DNA of 64,000 nucleotides from an uncultured Clostridium sp. (GTDB lineage Bacteria; Bacillota_I; Bacilli_A; RF39; UBA660): NCBI GenBank assembly GCA_946414595.1, contig CAMKPE010000003.1, positions 6,860 to 70,859 of the forward strand, read 5' to 3'. Shown piece by piece: positions 63,249 to 64,000 of this stretch (position 1 is its first letter; each line of letters starts with the position of its first letter). The notes under the pieces were generated by a model. It saw only the letters and a program-made list of their open reading frames with translations, ran no database searches and was not told where the DNA came from. The position numbers and the translations under genes were made by a program.

Positions 63249-63917
63249 ATGAAAAGTATTAAAAAATTTTTATTTGTTATTATACTTTTATTAATTTTAG
63301 GTGTTTCTAAAGTATATGCTAAAGAAAAAGTAAAAGTATATATTTTTGAAGCAGGAGGATGTCCATATTGTGAAGCTCAAATAGAGTATTTAAAAAAGCT
63401 TCCTGGATATGGTACAAAGTTTGAAATAATAATTAAAGAATTATATGTTGATCATATTGATTGGGAATATGGGAAAGACTATGATTTAGGAGTAAAAGTT
63501 GCTGAAGCATTTTATAAAGAAGGATTTACAAATGCTTCATATTATGGAACACCATTTGTTGTAATAAGCGATATTTATGCAGAAACAACATATAGTGAAA
63601 GTCTTGATAAAATAATTGATGCAGCATATCAAGAAGGAGATAAGGATGCTGTTAGTTGTATTGCTCAAGGAAAAACTAACTGTATAAGACCAAAAGGTGA
63701 TACAACAACAATTGGAAGTGATACTACTACACCAAGTGACCCTGAACCAATTGCACCAAGTGATGATGGAGCAGATACTTATAAAAACACTTCTTCATCA
63801 AAAGACTCAAGTGTTAATACTTTCGTAATAGTATTATTATCATCACTTTTAGGAGTATCTGTTATAGGTAATATTGTATTAACAATACTTGTTGTTAAAA
63901 AAAGAAATAAAGAGTAG
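63249..63917 (+). CDS. secreted thioredoxin/glutaredoxin-like CxxC protein with C-terminal TM anchor
   Basis: GGAGGA SD before ATG 63249; signal peptide; GGCPYCEAQ redox motif; Thr/Ser/Pro-rich linker; C-terminal TM plus KKRNKE tail. Confidence 0.65.
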   Translation: MKSIKKFLFVIILLLILGVSKVYAKEKVKVYIFEAGGCPYCEAQIEYLKKLPGYGTKFEIIIKELYVDHIDWEYGKDYDLGVKVAEAFYKEGFTNASYYGTPFVVISDIYAETTYSESLDKIIDAAYQEGDKDAVSCIAQGKTNCIRPKGDTTTIGSDTTTPSDPEPIAPSDDGADTYKNTSSSKDSSVNTFVIVLLSSLLGVSVIGNIVLTILVVKKRNKE

Positions 63918-64000
63918 AGATACTCTTTTTATGTTATAATTATTTTATAATAGAAAGGATTTTAAAATGGAAGAAGAAAAGAAAGAAGAAAAGATTGAAG

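Noticed and set aside
63967-64000. Possible start of another CDS (ATG GAA GAA GAA AAG ...) at the window edge
   Set aside because: Only 11 codons are visible and they are low-complexity Glu/Lys. That is too little sequence to support a call.

Overview
AT-rich (roughly 70% A+T by eye), densely coding chromosomal segment from a low-GC Bacillota genome. It is probably an endospore-forming Erysipelotrichia/Clostridia-like organism: Spo0A and a SigH-like sigma factor are present, the tmRNA tag ends in AFA, and there is an Acholeplasma-type GT4 glycolipid synthase. The backbone comprises: the secG-rnr-smpB-ssrA trans-translation cluster; mrnC-rlmB-sigH; whiA; clpP; glycolytic genes (gap, pgk, tpiA, gpmI, pgi) broken up by unrelated insertions; a Y-family polymerase behind a Cheo/LexA-type box; a vWA/XpaC/TelA stress cluster; and a 2559-aa cyclic beta-1,2-glucan-synthase-like gene. 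I saw no rRNA, tRNA, CRISPR, transposase or integrase. The stand-out is an eight-member paralogous gene family (P1-P8 here) in two four-gene arrays at 36.1-39.5 kb and 47.4-51.4 kb. Its ~205-aa core starts M-x-D-G-W-T-G, carries an invariant GMNIP motif and ends in an EEETLQ..GK..AE motif. Every copy is its own promoter-leader-CDS-terminator cassette. Four copies (P3, P5, P7, P8) carry mutually unrelated C-terminal extensions, several share a TTAGAT/ATCTAA palindromic leader, and array 1 is followed by a CbbX/SpoVK/EccA-class AAA+ ATPase. I read the family, by inference only, as a WXG100/LXG-like polymorphic effector family or PE/PPE-style multigene family. No type VII secretion core gene is visible in this window and I cannot assign the family to any named family from memory.
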